A program made the position numbers and the translations under genes. Below the pieces are notes generated by a model that did not search any database, had not been told where the DNA came from, and worked only from the letters and a program-made list of their open reading frames with translations. Shown here piece by piece: positions 1 to 12,700 of a stretch of DNA of 64,000 nt (position 1 is the stretch's first letter; each line of letters starts with the position of its first letter). Source of the stretch: Trichosphaerium sp. ATCC 40318 (lineage: Eukaryota; Protista; Tubulinea); NCBI GenBank assembly GCA_038496445.1, contig JALMLS010000353.1, positions 248,001 to 312,000 of the forward strand. Reading direction: 5' to 3'.

Positions 1-1097
1 ACGCACGCTCTTGAAGGTAGAAACGGTGCTGTACAAAAGCCTCATGGTAAGTGCCATATTTGCAAGTACAGAGGATGTGATAAAGCGGTTTATTTCGAAA
101 GAGGTACAAAATAGCAGTAAAATACCCCATCACGCACGTATTAACATCGTAGGTCGTGTACACGACTTTTGCAGCAGGCGCCACGCAGAAATGGCTATGC
201 AGAATAACGAATGGCCTCCGCCTTCCTGTATGGACTACACTAAAATGTGCGCACTTCCCGGGTGCAAAAAGGCAGTATTCTTCGATGAGGCACGCCAAAT
301 ATCTTACGACTATTGTGGACGCACCCACTCCATGAGAGCCAACGAAAGAGGCTTGTTGCCATCGAGACAAGGCTATGAGCGGTGTTTCAAAGGTACACCT
401 CTCAGAGAGCGTCAAATGGGCCTAAACCTCATCCAAATAATGTCACTTAATACTCTATTGGCTAGGTGACAACTACACGCTATCAGTTATGACGAATAGA
501 CATCCTAAATACGAAAACATCAAATATCAGTTTATCTCCAAGTGGAAAAAGAGAGAAACCAACCCTTATGGTACTGTTAGAGTCCAGCGCATACTACAGA
601 TAGACCCAAGCCCTGAACGTATTGAAGTATTCAAGAAAATGACCAAAATGTTGGGAGGAGAAGATACCGTCGAAAGAAGGTTCCATGGCACTTCTAGCTT
701 ATGTGATATTGGTATCAGACTCAATGCGAAGCCTTGTAATAGCCAAGACTGCTGTATCTGCAATATTTGTAGAATAGGCTTTAAACTAACGCAAGGAAAG
801 CCGTTTCAGCGTTATGGATCTGCCTTGTACTTTTCTTCTGTTTCTGGAAAGTCTAATGATTATGCTAATAAATCAGAGAGGATAATAGGAGGAAAGAGGT
901 GGAGGTGTATGTTCCTTTGTAAGGTTATAACAGGGAGAGTATTTAAAACAAAGGATAATGGTGAACACTTTACTGGACCTCCTAAAGGCTTTAATTCTGT
1001 TCTTGGAGAAGTTGGTCATGTGCTTAACTATGACGAACTAGTTGTTTATGATCCTAAGCAAGTTTTACCTTCTTATTTGATTGTATACACAATGTAG
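1..1097 (+). CDS. PARP-type ADP-ribosyltransferase with N-terminal repeated Cys3His zinc-finger-like motifs (5' end outside window; introns ~104-151 and ~393-465)
   Basis: Spliced product has repeats CKYRGCDKAVYF..HDFCSRRH and CALPGCKKAVFF..YDYCGRTH, then RRFHGT ... RYGSALYFSSVSGKSNDY ... MFLCKVITG ... LNYDELVVYDPKQVLPSYLIVY, i.e. the H-Y-E signature of PARP catalytic domains. Confidence 0.85.
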
Positions 1098-1839
1098 TAC
1101 CTCATATTGGGTATTGTAATTAAGCAATAAAAACTAGTTTATATCACTGACGTGAGTAGAGTAAATTTAAATACTCTCGAGGTCGCACTTCCCGCTGTAA
1201 ATGTGGTATTTTATACTTTACGATGTCTGTCCGAGCCACCAAATGCAAGTGTTAAACCATTCATTAAGGTATGTAGCACGTGATACTCGTTGCTCACAGT
1301 AGCTATCTGGATTACCAGATTTGCCATCTTTGGTAATATTACGTTACTCAAGAGGTTGTTTGACATGTTATTAAATAAATACTTCACTGTCGGCATTCAT
1401 TTTTAGTTCACTGAGTTCAAATACAGAATTGTTTCTTTAAAAGATCAGAATTTCAGCAGAACAGCTGTAGACGCTACCAGTTTTAACCCGAACCCAGAAT
1501 CGACGCAAGGAAATGCGTATAAGTACAAACATTTTAATCGGTGGTTTTTTATTCGCTGAGTAAGTAAAGTCAAGAATGCGCTACACAATACGTGGCTGAC
1601 ACCAGGTATCGTAAAAACTATCGTTTCAAAAAGTATGAAAGTCTCCAATAGTGCTAAAGTAGTAAATAGAGATTTATGAATCTAAAGTACTACGAGGTAG
1701 CATCAAAGAGGTACAAATCAAGTACAGAAAAAAAGAGCAGATATTCTGTACTTGCAATTGAAATCTCGCAGTTTTCACCAGTTTCTGAAGCTTTTAAGAA
1801 CACTGCATTGTGAGCACCTCATCATTCGATATAACAGTC

Positions 1840-2420
1840 ATGAATACAGCATCTCCTATATCAAGTTCATACGATCAACAGGGAGTATACATCTCAAAGT
1901 CTCATTTGCAAAAGAAATTGAATAAAAGCAAGCGTACGCCATTTCTACGCTACAACTAAATTTCCTCTACCTAATATCCGTCGATTTAACCATCGCGTGA
2001 ATATTTTATTGACATTTTTTATTTAAGGCTATGTTGGTATCGATGGACGGTGTTGGTTGGAGCTAAAACGAATACAAAATAATCCTGCAAATGTACAAAC
2101 AAAACGGAGAAAAAGACTTCCGACCCGAGGTCCTCTTCCTCCAGGTTCGTTCATTTTCCTCATTGCAAATCTAGAGGCTAACAGCTTGTGATTTGAACTA
2201 ACTTCAGTACTACAGAAGTTGAAGAATACCGTAAAATCGTTGCTGCTTGTGGGTTTCTTGGCAAACCCTCAATTTAAAACAACCACTTTTTAAAGACTAA
2301 ACAATTGCGCTATTTAGGCTACGGCCAATTTTTATTACAAGACAACATGTAAAGAACCTCAAACTCCTACCGTAAAGCTGTCTTAAACCTTGTCAAAGTC
2401 GCAACATATTTGTAAATAAT
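1840..2420 (+). CDS. possible small multi-exon hypothetical gene
   Basis: ATG at 1840 (MNTASPISSSYDQQG...), GTACG donor, open exon-like frame YVGIDGRCWLELKRIQNNPANVQTKRRKRLPTRGPLPP at ~2030-2144; no recognisable motif, phases not fully resolved. Confidence 0.25.
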
Positions 2421-3494
2421 ACTTGTACAAACCACAAAATAAAATTAAAGTATTCTTGTGATCCTAGCGTTCTCAAGAAGTTATCAAGAAAAATACTATA
2501 AGATACAAAAAGGCTTCGTTTCTAGTATGGGCAAACGGTCTTTAAAATGCATTCTATTGTACATACAAAAGCTAGTATTAGGGCTTGTAAAATAGCAGAA
2601 AAACATGTAACAACAAGTCATCGATGCTCAGCAAACATTGTACTGCCTGGTGGTTTAGGTGAGCGCTCGTCTGTCGAAGTTGACGGAAGGCTATAGCGTT
2701 CCCCGTTGGTGCGATTGTACTTAGCGCAAATATAGGGAGCATTTAATGGCTTAAAGGTTTTGTAGTCGACTACGAAAACAGCAAAGAAATACGTACTTGT
2801 AAGGCCTTGAATAATGTTGGTTAGATCACAAATTCCAACGTACCATCTAGCCAGGCTAATTGGAAAGTTGTTTTTTAAGCCAAGCCCAGAACTATAAGCC
2901 ACATCTAAATCGAATATCACGTGCTTTCAAAACGAACAAATTGTCTTTTTGTTTAGAAGAATACATTTAACGTGGATCGTTACTCATACACCACTAGTCG
3001 TTGTTACAAGGATACTTCTCTATATAACATTGATATTTCATTGTTTTGGACCCACAAGTGTATTTAGGATATGAGGTAAACTATAACATGATAACGCTCC
3101 CAAGAGTAGAATAGAAAGAGTGAAGAGGAGAAGTATTGTTGAGGTGCGTATCTGTCAGTTTTTCTAAACTTTGGAGCTTTTTTAATAAATCACATTGTCA
3201 AGAAAGCAGTCCCTCGCTAAATCCATGTTTGGTTGTAAGGTAATTTTAGTGTTTGTGGAAATAATCATAGCCGCAGATTATGGTCTCACAAAAGAGACTG
3301 AAATTGTCCTGTTTTGGTTGAGCAAACAGGAGTTTCTCCTCTCGGAATATCCTTTGTTTACCAATACCACCTATAGACAACAATTAATAACATAGGTTAC
3401 TCTGCTTCAATTATTAACCGTATATAAATAGTTTGTTGTGAGTACAATTTATATTATTTACAAGTTGAGAATAGTAGAAGTGCTAGCACTGTTA

Positions 3495-4869
3495 CTATGT
3501 TGTGAGCATGTGATTATCGATAAAGTATTGCTCCAAACCCTTTAATAAAAGTAAACGAGTAAATAGCATTAGACTTATGCTCGAAACGTCACAGTGGTCA
3601 TAAATTTGAGATAAATATAATTGTAATATATTACGCACCTTCCATACTATGGTGAACATAATAGACTGTAAGCAGTTACCAACTATCCTTGTTCTTAGAC
3701 CACGTTGCCATAATCCAAGAACTCCCTCTTTTTGTACAATCATTTTTATTACTTTTGTATAACCTACAAAAACCCATTTAGCACGTGTTACCTAACGGTA
3801 TTTTTTTCCAAGGTATGTTAGTTTTCGTTACTTACTTATTGGTTCGCGGTATGTCTGTTTTGTTGTTTTGACAACCCTTATACCATTAGAAATCGTATCA
3901 GATACAATAGCTGAACAGAAACCCATCAAAGCATTGCGACATAGATTACTTCCAAAACTGGAAGCTTCAGGTAATGTTTGATTTAGAACGTTATGTACAA
4001 AGAACCAAGGATAGTGACCGATGAACGATGCTAAGCATAGCATTAAACGATATGAGCCTTATGCAGCAAATCCTAGGGTGTGGAGTACGTACTAGTAAAA
4101 GTGCCAAGACTTCCATGGTACAAAACAGGTACACCACCAATTCTTATCTTATTTCTTAGTACTTTTATTCCTGCTTTTCCTTCAACTTGAAGAATAGTCT
4201 TGAAGGTATCCAAAGGCATTAAATTAACTCTCCATAAAGCAGCACAACCTACAGTTACTATGAACAAACGAGAGGAACTGATGGTTACGGAATATAGAAA
4301 GGTACCTGATGCAGCAAGTGTTTGTATAGCTGCTGGCAGATCTCTAGTCTGTGGATAGTGCTTAAGAAGCTCTAGCATACCAGCATTAGCGGCTGTATCC
4401 CCAAATCTACTTAAAGGCCCTTGAAATAGTGCAGGAAGTAATCCACGATAAAACCTTCAAAACAAATTAGTTTGACATAATCACGTGTTGAAGGTTTTAA
4501 ATTTTTTTACCTTCGTACACCTCCTTGACTGTATATAATTTTAATGGCCGTAAACATCGACTTTGTGCCATGACGATATTGGTAGTTCATGGTTGTATGA
4601 AGCCACATGAGAGAAAAAACCTACGATAAACTGTTTGCCCTTTTTTTCTATCTTCAGAAAAACCAAGCTGTTTAACGGAAAATTATAAAAATACGCCTGT
4701 AGCGGACCTGCGTGAACATTGCAGCTGCTCCAGGTACTCCACCATTTATTGCACGTATTCTGGCTTGCTTCAGGATATCGGCAGTTGTCTCATAAGTGTC
4801 TTCAGGGATATTGTCGCTGCTTCGTATTTAAATAGTGAACCCACTACGCTCTACGCACGGAAGACTCAT
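3495..4869 (-). CDS. mitochondrial carrier (SLC25 family) protein, multi-exon
   Basis: Spliced: ...[30 protein letters not shown]...[25 protein letters not shown]...[15 protein letters not shown]...LYHGSLG...IGHYPWFF...[17 protein letters not shown]...[15 protein letters not shown]; three carrier repeats with a PxDxxK motif. Confidence 0.9.
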
Positions 4870-5255
4870 TCTAGTGCGTAACTCACGTATTCGTATTAAA
4901 TGTTGGATAAAGCGTTGTGTTAGTGCCGTTCAGTGACACCAATGTTGTGTTTAGTGAACTCAAAGCACTTCTAAAGTTGAAAAAGCAAGTTTAACAACAA
5001 ATTGATCAATCCTCAGAATGACACTCCAATACTATCCTATTTAATTAATCAACAGACTATTCAGGTCTTCTTAGCCCTCTAAAAATGATTTGACGCCTTC
5101 AATAGCAACATACCTTTCAACTACACCTCGCGACTCTGTTTCATCACGAGGGTAATATATTAGATTAATAGTGGCTTGGCACGGGGTTCAAACGCAATCT
5201 GTCTTAAACGATTCTTCCGCTATTTTAAGCGAGCTCAACAACACAAGCAGCTACG

Positions 5256-7552
5256 ATGTCAAATACTCAAGCAGATCCATTTGATCCTCTATTACAAGCG
5301 TTTTTAAGCAAAACAGCAGCTGAAATCGCTTCACAGGACACTTCCACTATTTTAGATAAATTTACACAGATGCCAGATTTACAGCTACGTAATAAGGTTA
5401 GAGAGTTGGTGACAGGAGAACTCGTCAAAAAAGGGCACAAGTATGTAACTTACGCCGTTTTTGCGTACTAAAACGGCTGTTAAGCTTAGCTGAGCTACAA
5501 AGCAAGCGTACAAAAGCCGTATACGACCTTTGGACTGCAGATCAAAACCTCCGCCCTAAAACAAAAGAAATGGCGTTATGCGCTCTATCAGCGCTAGCGC
5601 CAATGTGGACAGCAAATCAATTATTTTCTATACTACAAGTACGTAAATTCACAATCTATTGTACCAATCAACACTACGCATATGCTTGATTACGCATAAA
5701 GCAAAACCAAATCAATTTATTGAATCAAAGAAAAAAAACAGCATCTAAATCGCTCTTTACAAAAAATGTACTAAAATACGTTATTAGCATGGTGGTAACC
5801 TTGATACAATATTGCCAGTATTATTATCGCGTAAGAACGAGTTGACGTTAACTCAGTTATTCTTATTGCTTGAAAACGCTTTCGTTGATTGTCCTCAAAG
5901 TGAGTCTAAGAAGGAAATCATAAATATTCTGGGCGCCAGGTACGATTTTTTGATAAAAGGATATGATTGTCGTTTGGAATTTTAAACAACTTTTCTGGAA
6001 AATACCTGAATTTTCGTTTCCAAAATGACTCAGTGATTTTGGCTTGTATTTTTGACTAGGGATGTCAATGTTGTTTACTTGGATATAGGCACCCTGAATT
6101 AAGTGCAGATCAATTGCTTACGCTTATACCTTATGTTAATGAGCCTTCACAAGAGGAGTTTTTGACTATTCTTAACCAACACAGACAAAAATTAACTCCA
6201 GTTCAATTGCTCAAATTACTTGCTTTCAGCTCAAGAAATGCACCTCCGGCATTTAGAGAAACACTTGGAATCGCAGAACAAAAGCTTGTATGCACACTAT
6301 TTTATTTCAAACAAATTTTACAAAAAATCGGTTTTGGAATTGTTGCTCACTGACCTGATGTCACTTCCCTTAACTTTATTGATAAAAAGGTTGCTGAAAT
6401 AGAAACCAAAGAACCTAAAACTGACACCAGCTTTGGATTTGTCATACCTGCTGATAGTGGTACGTCAAGTGAATAGCTCAAAAGTTTCTTTTAGATATTA
6501 TAATTGTTCCACTACTTACAAGCCACCTTAGGTGTAACATGCACAAAATCTACTCCAGGAGCGCTACAACAATTTAAGTATCCTTTTTTATTATTTTTTA
6601 AATGTCAATCTATCACGTGCCACAAAATGGAACATTTTAATTTAGCCTTAACATAAATATACTCGCAGAAAAAGACAAGTATTTTACTGAAGTTTCATTG
6701 GTTAATATGACAGAAGTTAAGATTACTATTGTATTGACAGGGACCCTTCCTCCGAACAAGGTCTGTTAGAATACCACCTACATGTGCCTTTGAACTAACA
6801 AACCTATTAAGGGAGCTTCTGTTTATTTCGTCACACCTGCTCCCGAGTATTCACAGTCAGAACTTCAAGCGTATATAACACCTGCAAAACCTTCATGCAC
6901 AGTTATTATATCAACAATAAATACTACTGGTATACCTCGAAATATGGGCATAGGTAAACAAAAAAACGCGCATGACAGTGACACTTGCGTTTCAATGTAA
7001 AGTTCTCCTTGACTTTTTTTGGAAACGAAACAAAGTTGGTGTTCTGGTTCTAATCAGTTTATTAGGCATTGTAGTAAAACCACTTAATCAAGTCAACCAA
7101 GATATTAATACTCTTGTGAATAGTCTTAAAATAGGTGGGACAAGATCTCCTTTGAAGAAGGAAAGAAAGCCTGGAGATTTTTCTGTCAAGATTACAACTG
7201 GAGACTTACATTCTTTCATGTTACGAGAAACGGATGACATTAACACATTATTACGAATGGCTGCAAACCGATGGAATGTACCATCTCGTTTATATGGTAT
7301 GATAGCTATAGTTTAGGTAGTATAGTCTATGTTGTAAACTTACTTGTTGTAGAGCTACAAGACGAGAATTTTAGGACGTTTAATCCTGATGATAAATGTA
7401 GTAGTTGTATTCAAGAAAACGATGTTTTAAGATTACAGAGACATAATGACTTACGTGATATGGCAAACCAACCTTCCACATCTTTCAGTAATATATCTAT
7501 ACCAGCGCCAAGTGTTCAAGGACAGTTTCCTGCTCCACGTACGTCTAATTGA
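5256..7552 (+). CDS. hypothetical multi-exon protein; helical N-terminal repeats and a ubiquitin-like/PB1-like C-terminal segment
   Basis: Chain of open exons with GT/AG boundaries from ATG 5256; recurring (L/W)(T/S)xxQL(F/L) helices; C-terminal FSVKITTGDLHSFMLRETDDINTLLRMAANRWNVPSRLYELQDENFRTFNPDDKCSSCIQENDVLRLQRH has a beta-grasp-like pattern. Internal splicing at 6578-6815 ambiguous. Confidence 0.6.
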
Positions 7553-8185
7553 AAGAAGTCTTTATATTCCGGAAAAAAAATTTGTTTTACTTGTACTACC
7601 ACGTGTTATCACTTTCATGAGATCTTTGTTATTATTGCTCATCAAGTAATACTGTTAGGTTTTCTATGAGTTATTATAGCGGAGTTATTTGATTTTTCAA
7701 TGTTGTTTCAGTGACCTCTAACTTCTTTGTTTATAGCAAGTAATAAATGGCGAGCAGAAAATACAGACTTACCTTTATACTCTCCTGCTAAACCTGAGAG
7801 AAATACAGATTCTTTTAAGTTTACTACAAGTGTTGATAGATCTAATGGCGGAATATTCAAATTACCAGGAAACGGAACTAACTTTAAATTCAACTGGTAA
7901 AATAAAAGCAAATAAAAATAGTAATAAACTTGTAAAACCAAATTGTGCTCTTATTTTGATCCCTGCACATATAGGCCATACATGCTAGAACATGTTGTAT
8001 TGGTGTCTCAAATGAGATCAAGGATGTCTGTGTGACTGCTGACTTAATTAAAAATCGGTTTAAGTTGTTTTAACAATTTTTGTTTGTTACTTAGAACGCA
8101 CTTGGCGGGATTGATGATTGTGCGTTTATAGGTTCTTTGGATCAAGTAATAAGCTTTGGCGCTATTTTCACCATTACCTTTAACC

Positions 8186-8788
8186 ATGGCCTCACTTACT
8201 AAGAAACGAGCAGTTGAACGTATGTACTTTATTCTATATTTTCCTTTGCTAACTCTAATGTGTTAAGAATGCTCTTCGGTTTCATTTCATACTCTGCCTT
8301 CAGATATTCTTGTAGAAATAGCTACATATGACAGCCATGCATTCAGTACTTGTCATAAGCTATCAAAGCGGATAGCAATACGAACACATTACACTCCACA
8401 ACTTAAAAGAAAAGGCATGTGGTACACATGGCATAAAAATGGTACAATCAAGTCAAAGGTCTATTACGTTCATGGTGTAAGACAAGGTGAAGCATTGACA
8501 TTTCATTCCAATGGTGTAAAAGAATCAGAGTGTATTTTAAAAGATGGTGAAGAAGAAGGAGAGATACGAAAGTGGTATGTTAACGGGAAAATAAGACAAC
8601 ATTATCTAGCGTCAAATGGTATAAAGAGTGGGTTTTATACAGAATGGCACATCACTGGTAACAAGTACATTACATGTAATTATAAAGACGGGCTTAAATG
8701 TGGAGAATACAAACAGTGGTCAAAAAAAGGAGCATTTCTATTTGCACTGCAGTATGCAGAGGGTGGTGGACTTGTTTGTACAAAATAA
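8186..8788 (+). CDS. F-box-like motif plus MORN-variant (YwqK-like) repeat protein, one intron (~8220-8267)
   Basis: MASLTKKRAVEQCSSVSFHTLPSDILVEIATYDSHAFSTCHKLSK (LPxDILxxI F-box-like) followed by ~24-aa repeats WHKNGTIKSKVYYVHGVRQG / FHSNGVKESECILKDGEEEG / WYVNGKIRQHYLASNGIKSG / WHITGNKYITCNYKDGLKCG. Confidence 0.75.
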
Positions 8789-8992
8789 AATCAAAACATA
8801 AAACTAATAAAAACGTACATTCTGTGTATTCGAAACACGTGTTGAGTTCAATGTATGTCTTTGAGCAATGAACAAAAAGCTAAGAGTGCCTTCCAGGAGT
8901 TCGTGCTACCTGCCCGAAGTTCCCTATCTACGTAGAAGACAAGCTTTATTGCCTACATCGCATGTAGGACTTTCTTTGCCCATACTAGGACT

Positions 8993-9139
8993 GCCGCCTA
9001 CAACGCTTGCAGGACTTTTGCCTACAACGCTTGCAGGACTTTTGCCTACAACGCTTGCAGGTCTTTCGCCTACAACGCTTGCAGGTCTTTCGCCTACAAC
9101 GCTTGCAGGACTTTTGCCTGCAACGCTTGCAGGACTTGC
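8993..9139. repeat. 24-bp tandem repeat (minisatellite), ~6 units, consensus GCCTACAACGCTTGCAGGACTTTT
   Basis: Directly visible; units differ at only 1-2 positions (GGACTTTTG vs GGTCTTTCG; CCTACA vs CCTGCA). Confidence 0.95.
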
Positions 9140-9773
9140 TAATTGGTTCACGTTAAAGGACTTATAAACAGTTTACTCGCTGGAATAAAATTATTGTGGT
9201 TTCTCGACAATGAATACTAGACGTATTACCAGCTCAGTAAATCGTGATTTTTGAGTTTTTTGTGCATGTTTCAAAAAACTTTGAACTGGTTATACACGTG
9301 AGAGTGTAATAATCGTGTAAGCGTGCGCGCAGAAAAGCCACTTTGTGCAATATATGAGTAGAAAAGAAATAGCACAGTGAACTCTTTTGTAGCGTACTAA
9401 AAAGAGGTCCTACGGTTAATACCTACGAAATAAACACTCCAATGTGCTCGTAGCACCGTATTATTGAGTTCTACTTTGCTTCGCTACTTGTTGTTTGAAT
9501 TTTCCTATTTTCAGTGTTGGATCGTTAATTGTTGTTGGTGGGTAGCTTTTGGCTTGAATGTAGAAAGGGTTAAACGGTGGGTACAGGAAAACTAATTTAG
9601 ACGAGTTGGTACAACTTTAGGCAAACGCGATAAAGCAAGCGTACAACGTGTATGCTCATGTTTTATCTTCGCTTGCCAAAATAGTATTGAACAGTCTTAA
9701 ACAAGAGTCAAAAAGAGTAATTACAGTATTATTCGTATGGCAGAGCGTGTGTGGATGTAAACAATACATTACT

Positions 9774-12700
9774 ATGTCGCTTAGCTCAACATACCATCCA
9801 CCGTCAAAAAGTAAACGGGAAAAGAAGTCATCTAAGACGCCGAAGAGCCCTAGGAGATCAAAACGCGACAAAAAATCGAAACAGAATTTGAAGCGACCCG
9901 AACATCCTCCACCAGCACCAAGTACTAATGGTGAAACCAACCAACGCAGCCTGGCGGCCTCAAGCGCTACTACACGCTCTCGGAGTACTGCTGTACAACA
10001 GAAATCAAAACGGCCTGAAAAGCCGGCTCCAACAATGCCAAAGCGGCCAGCAAATCGAGGAAAGCTAACGCAAAGTTATTCACCACAAACAATTACCTTC
10101 GGTGCAAATCAACCGCGTGGAGCCACAGGAGGTATTTCTAATAGGATAAAGCTATTCGAGAGCGTTAGCCAACGAAGTAATGGAGCTACAGTGTCACAAA
10201 ATCATTTACCAAGCCTCTCTCTATCGCAGGGTAGTGATGCTCCCCCTTTGCCAAAACGAGTACAAAAACCGACAATTACAACAACGCCCAATTCTCTACT
10301 GTACGCCAGTCAACCACTAGTACAATTATTGTTAATAACTTACAACTACACAGACCGCCACCAGACGAAGACCCACCTCAATTAAAGCAACCATCTCCCA
10401 GAACAGATAAATCGCGTAATAGAGGTACAGACGCTGATATTTAACCAATACAACCATGAAGCAAACTTGCTAAAACTAAACAAGGTTTCACTATAAAAGA
10501 AGTAATAGACACCGAGAAACAGTTTCTCGAAGATTGCAACATTATACTATCCGTACGTTGCGTTGTTTTCACCCCTCAACCGCTAAAAATCGTTAAATGG
10601 AAATAATTCTTACAAATGCTTTTTTAGAAGTACTATGTGCCTCTATTGGCTAGTGCGCCTAGTGTCCTTTCAGAGGAAGAGGTTGAGCGCGTATTCGGTA
10701 ACATTGAAGAAATTGTAAATGTTAGCACAGATGTACGCTTTAGATAGCTTCAGGACCTTATTTATTCGCTGTGACCATGCTCTAATGTTTCTTTATAGTT
10801 CTACATTGATCTCTTGACTGCTACAGCTGACAACGACGAACTTGGTCAATTGTTTCAAAATAAGGTAAAAAATTAACCCACTGCCTTTACCCAGCGTAAT
10901 ATTCTTCGTTCTTAACTGGTTTCAGGTGAAAGCTTTGTCTAGTGCATATACACGTTACAACGCACGACATGGCGCTGCATTGAGTCTATATGAGTCATTG
11001 AAGCGTAAAAACAAACCATTTCAGTCATTCTATAACGTACAATACAATCATTGTTTTTTTTTTGTTTTTAACGTTTTTTCTGTAGTCTGCTTTCAAGGAT
11101 CCTGATTGCAAGGGTCTTGATATGTTATCGTATATTATTAAACCAGTACAACGCGTATGTAAATACCCTCTATTCATAAAGGTAAGGAAGCGAAACAATA
11201 ACCTTGATGATTGTTTATACAATTATTATCTGTTCTGATTTTTTTGTTTTTCAATAGACGCTACTCCAGTACACACCAAATTATCATAATGACTTTGAAC
11301 CTTTGACAAAAGCTCTGGAGATGTACAACGAACTATTAAGTACTACAAATGCAACAGCAAAGGAGGTACGAATTAAATTATTCGTATATTTTTGTGCTCA
11401 ATGTTGGTGTTAGGTGGAAAGTCTTCATAATATTTTACGTGTGGAGACAGCTTTGTCTGGTCTTCCTGAGGTAACAATATATTATTATTATTTAGTTAAT
11501 TGTGACTTACTAAATACTAGAATTTGCGGTTATTAGTGCCAGGGCGTCATTATATACAAGAAGCAGATTTTAGGAAAGTTACAAAACGGACAGGTAATTT
11601 TTTTTGTTAGACTTTATTGTTTTTCTTGGTCTCCAGATCATTGGTAGAGATAATTCGAATGTATGCTGATGTAACAATATAGGTCATGACCAAGGCCGTC
11701 ATTTATTTATGTTTACAGATATGATACTGTACGCTAAGGTACATCAAAGCTCACTACTACTATTTACTACTATTGCTTTTTTTTGCAGTTTTATATACGC
11801 TTAAAAGCTTCTCTGACGCGATTAGGATATTGGTAAAGGGAAATACGAGTACAAGGGTATATTACCATTCATTCTATGCAAGTTCGACGATTTATCAAAT
11901 CCAGGTTCGTATTATAATCTCAAAGTCGTGATAATCGCGTGACAATAATCTCTTTGCGCTTTACATTCTTATTGTTGTTTAATTTTACACTTGGAGCTTT
12001 TTTGGTTAAAACATGTTTTTTAGAACAAGAGCGTTATCAGATTGGTATTATGCGCTTGGATAGCTCTCAGAAGCAATATGTCATAAAGACAAAGGATAAA
12101 CGTATTAAAGATAACTGGTTAAGAGTTATACTAGAGCAGAAAAAGATTGTTACTGAAAAGGAAGAAGCAGGGATTTATCCAAATGTCAGTAAAGGTAAAT
12201 GTTTTTTTGTTTGTTTTTTCGTCTGTTATGATGCTGATTGTCTTTCTTTTAGTTTTTGCTAAGCTCGTACAAGAAGAGAACATAAATGTTCATGTAAACT
12301 ATGAATTAGATACACTTCAAATGGAGAATAAGATCGCTGGTTGGAAGGTAACCATTTCCACAATTTTTAAAGTTTGGGAAGAAATTGACATCCTGAGTTT
12401 TCTTGAGCTTTTCTTGAGTTGCCTTTTATTTCATTTTATAAATTGTTACTTATGCTTCTTTCTAGAACAATAAAGCTTCTCGTAGATTCCTTAAGGATGG
12501 TGAATTAAGGGTTTATAAAGACGCAAAATCAGAGCCAGAAAGGCGTCATATATTCTTATTTGATGACATTTGTCTCATATGTATTAAGCGTGCTATGAAG
12601 AGTGCAAAGTCTAAAAAGCCTTTTGTATATAAGGCAACTATTAACTTATCTGCTACACTTGTAGAAGACTTGTTTGACTCTCAAGGTAAGAAGAAAAAAA

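Noticed and set aside
3347-3356. ATATCCTTTG and similar U12-like donors elsewhere (e.g. minus strand at ~5960, ~43865, ~61645)
   Set aside because: Not at exon boundaries of any supported gene; expected by chance in AT-rich DNA.
2618-3430. Minus-strand ORF 2618-2920 and upstream exon-like pieces
   Set aside because: No motif and no consistent splice phase; stops in all candidate upstream frames.
7620-8050. Minus-strand ORF 7708-7941 with a GTAAGT donor
   Set aside because: Could be an exon of a small gene but no start or homology could be established.
8993-9139. Possible CRISPR array
   Set aside because: Units are contiguous with no unique spacers; eukaryotic context, no cas genes.
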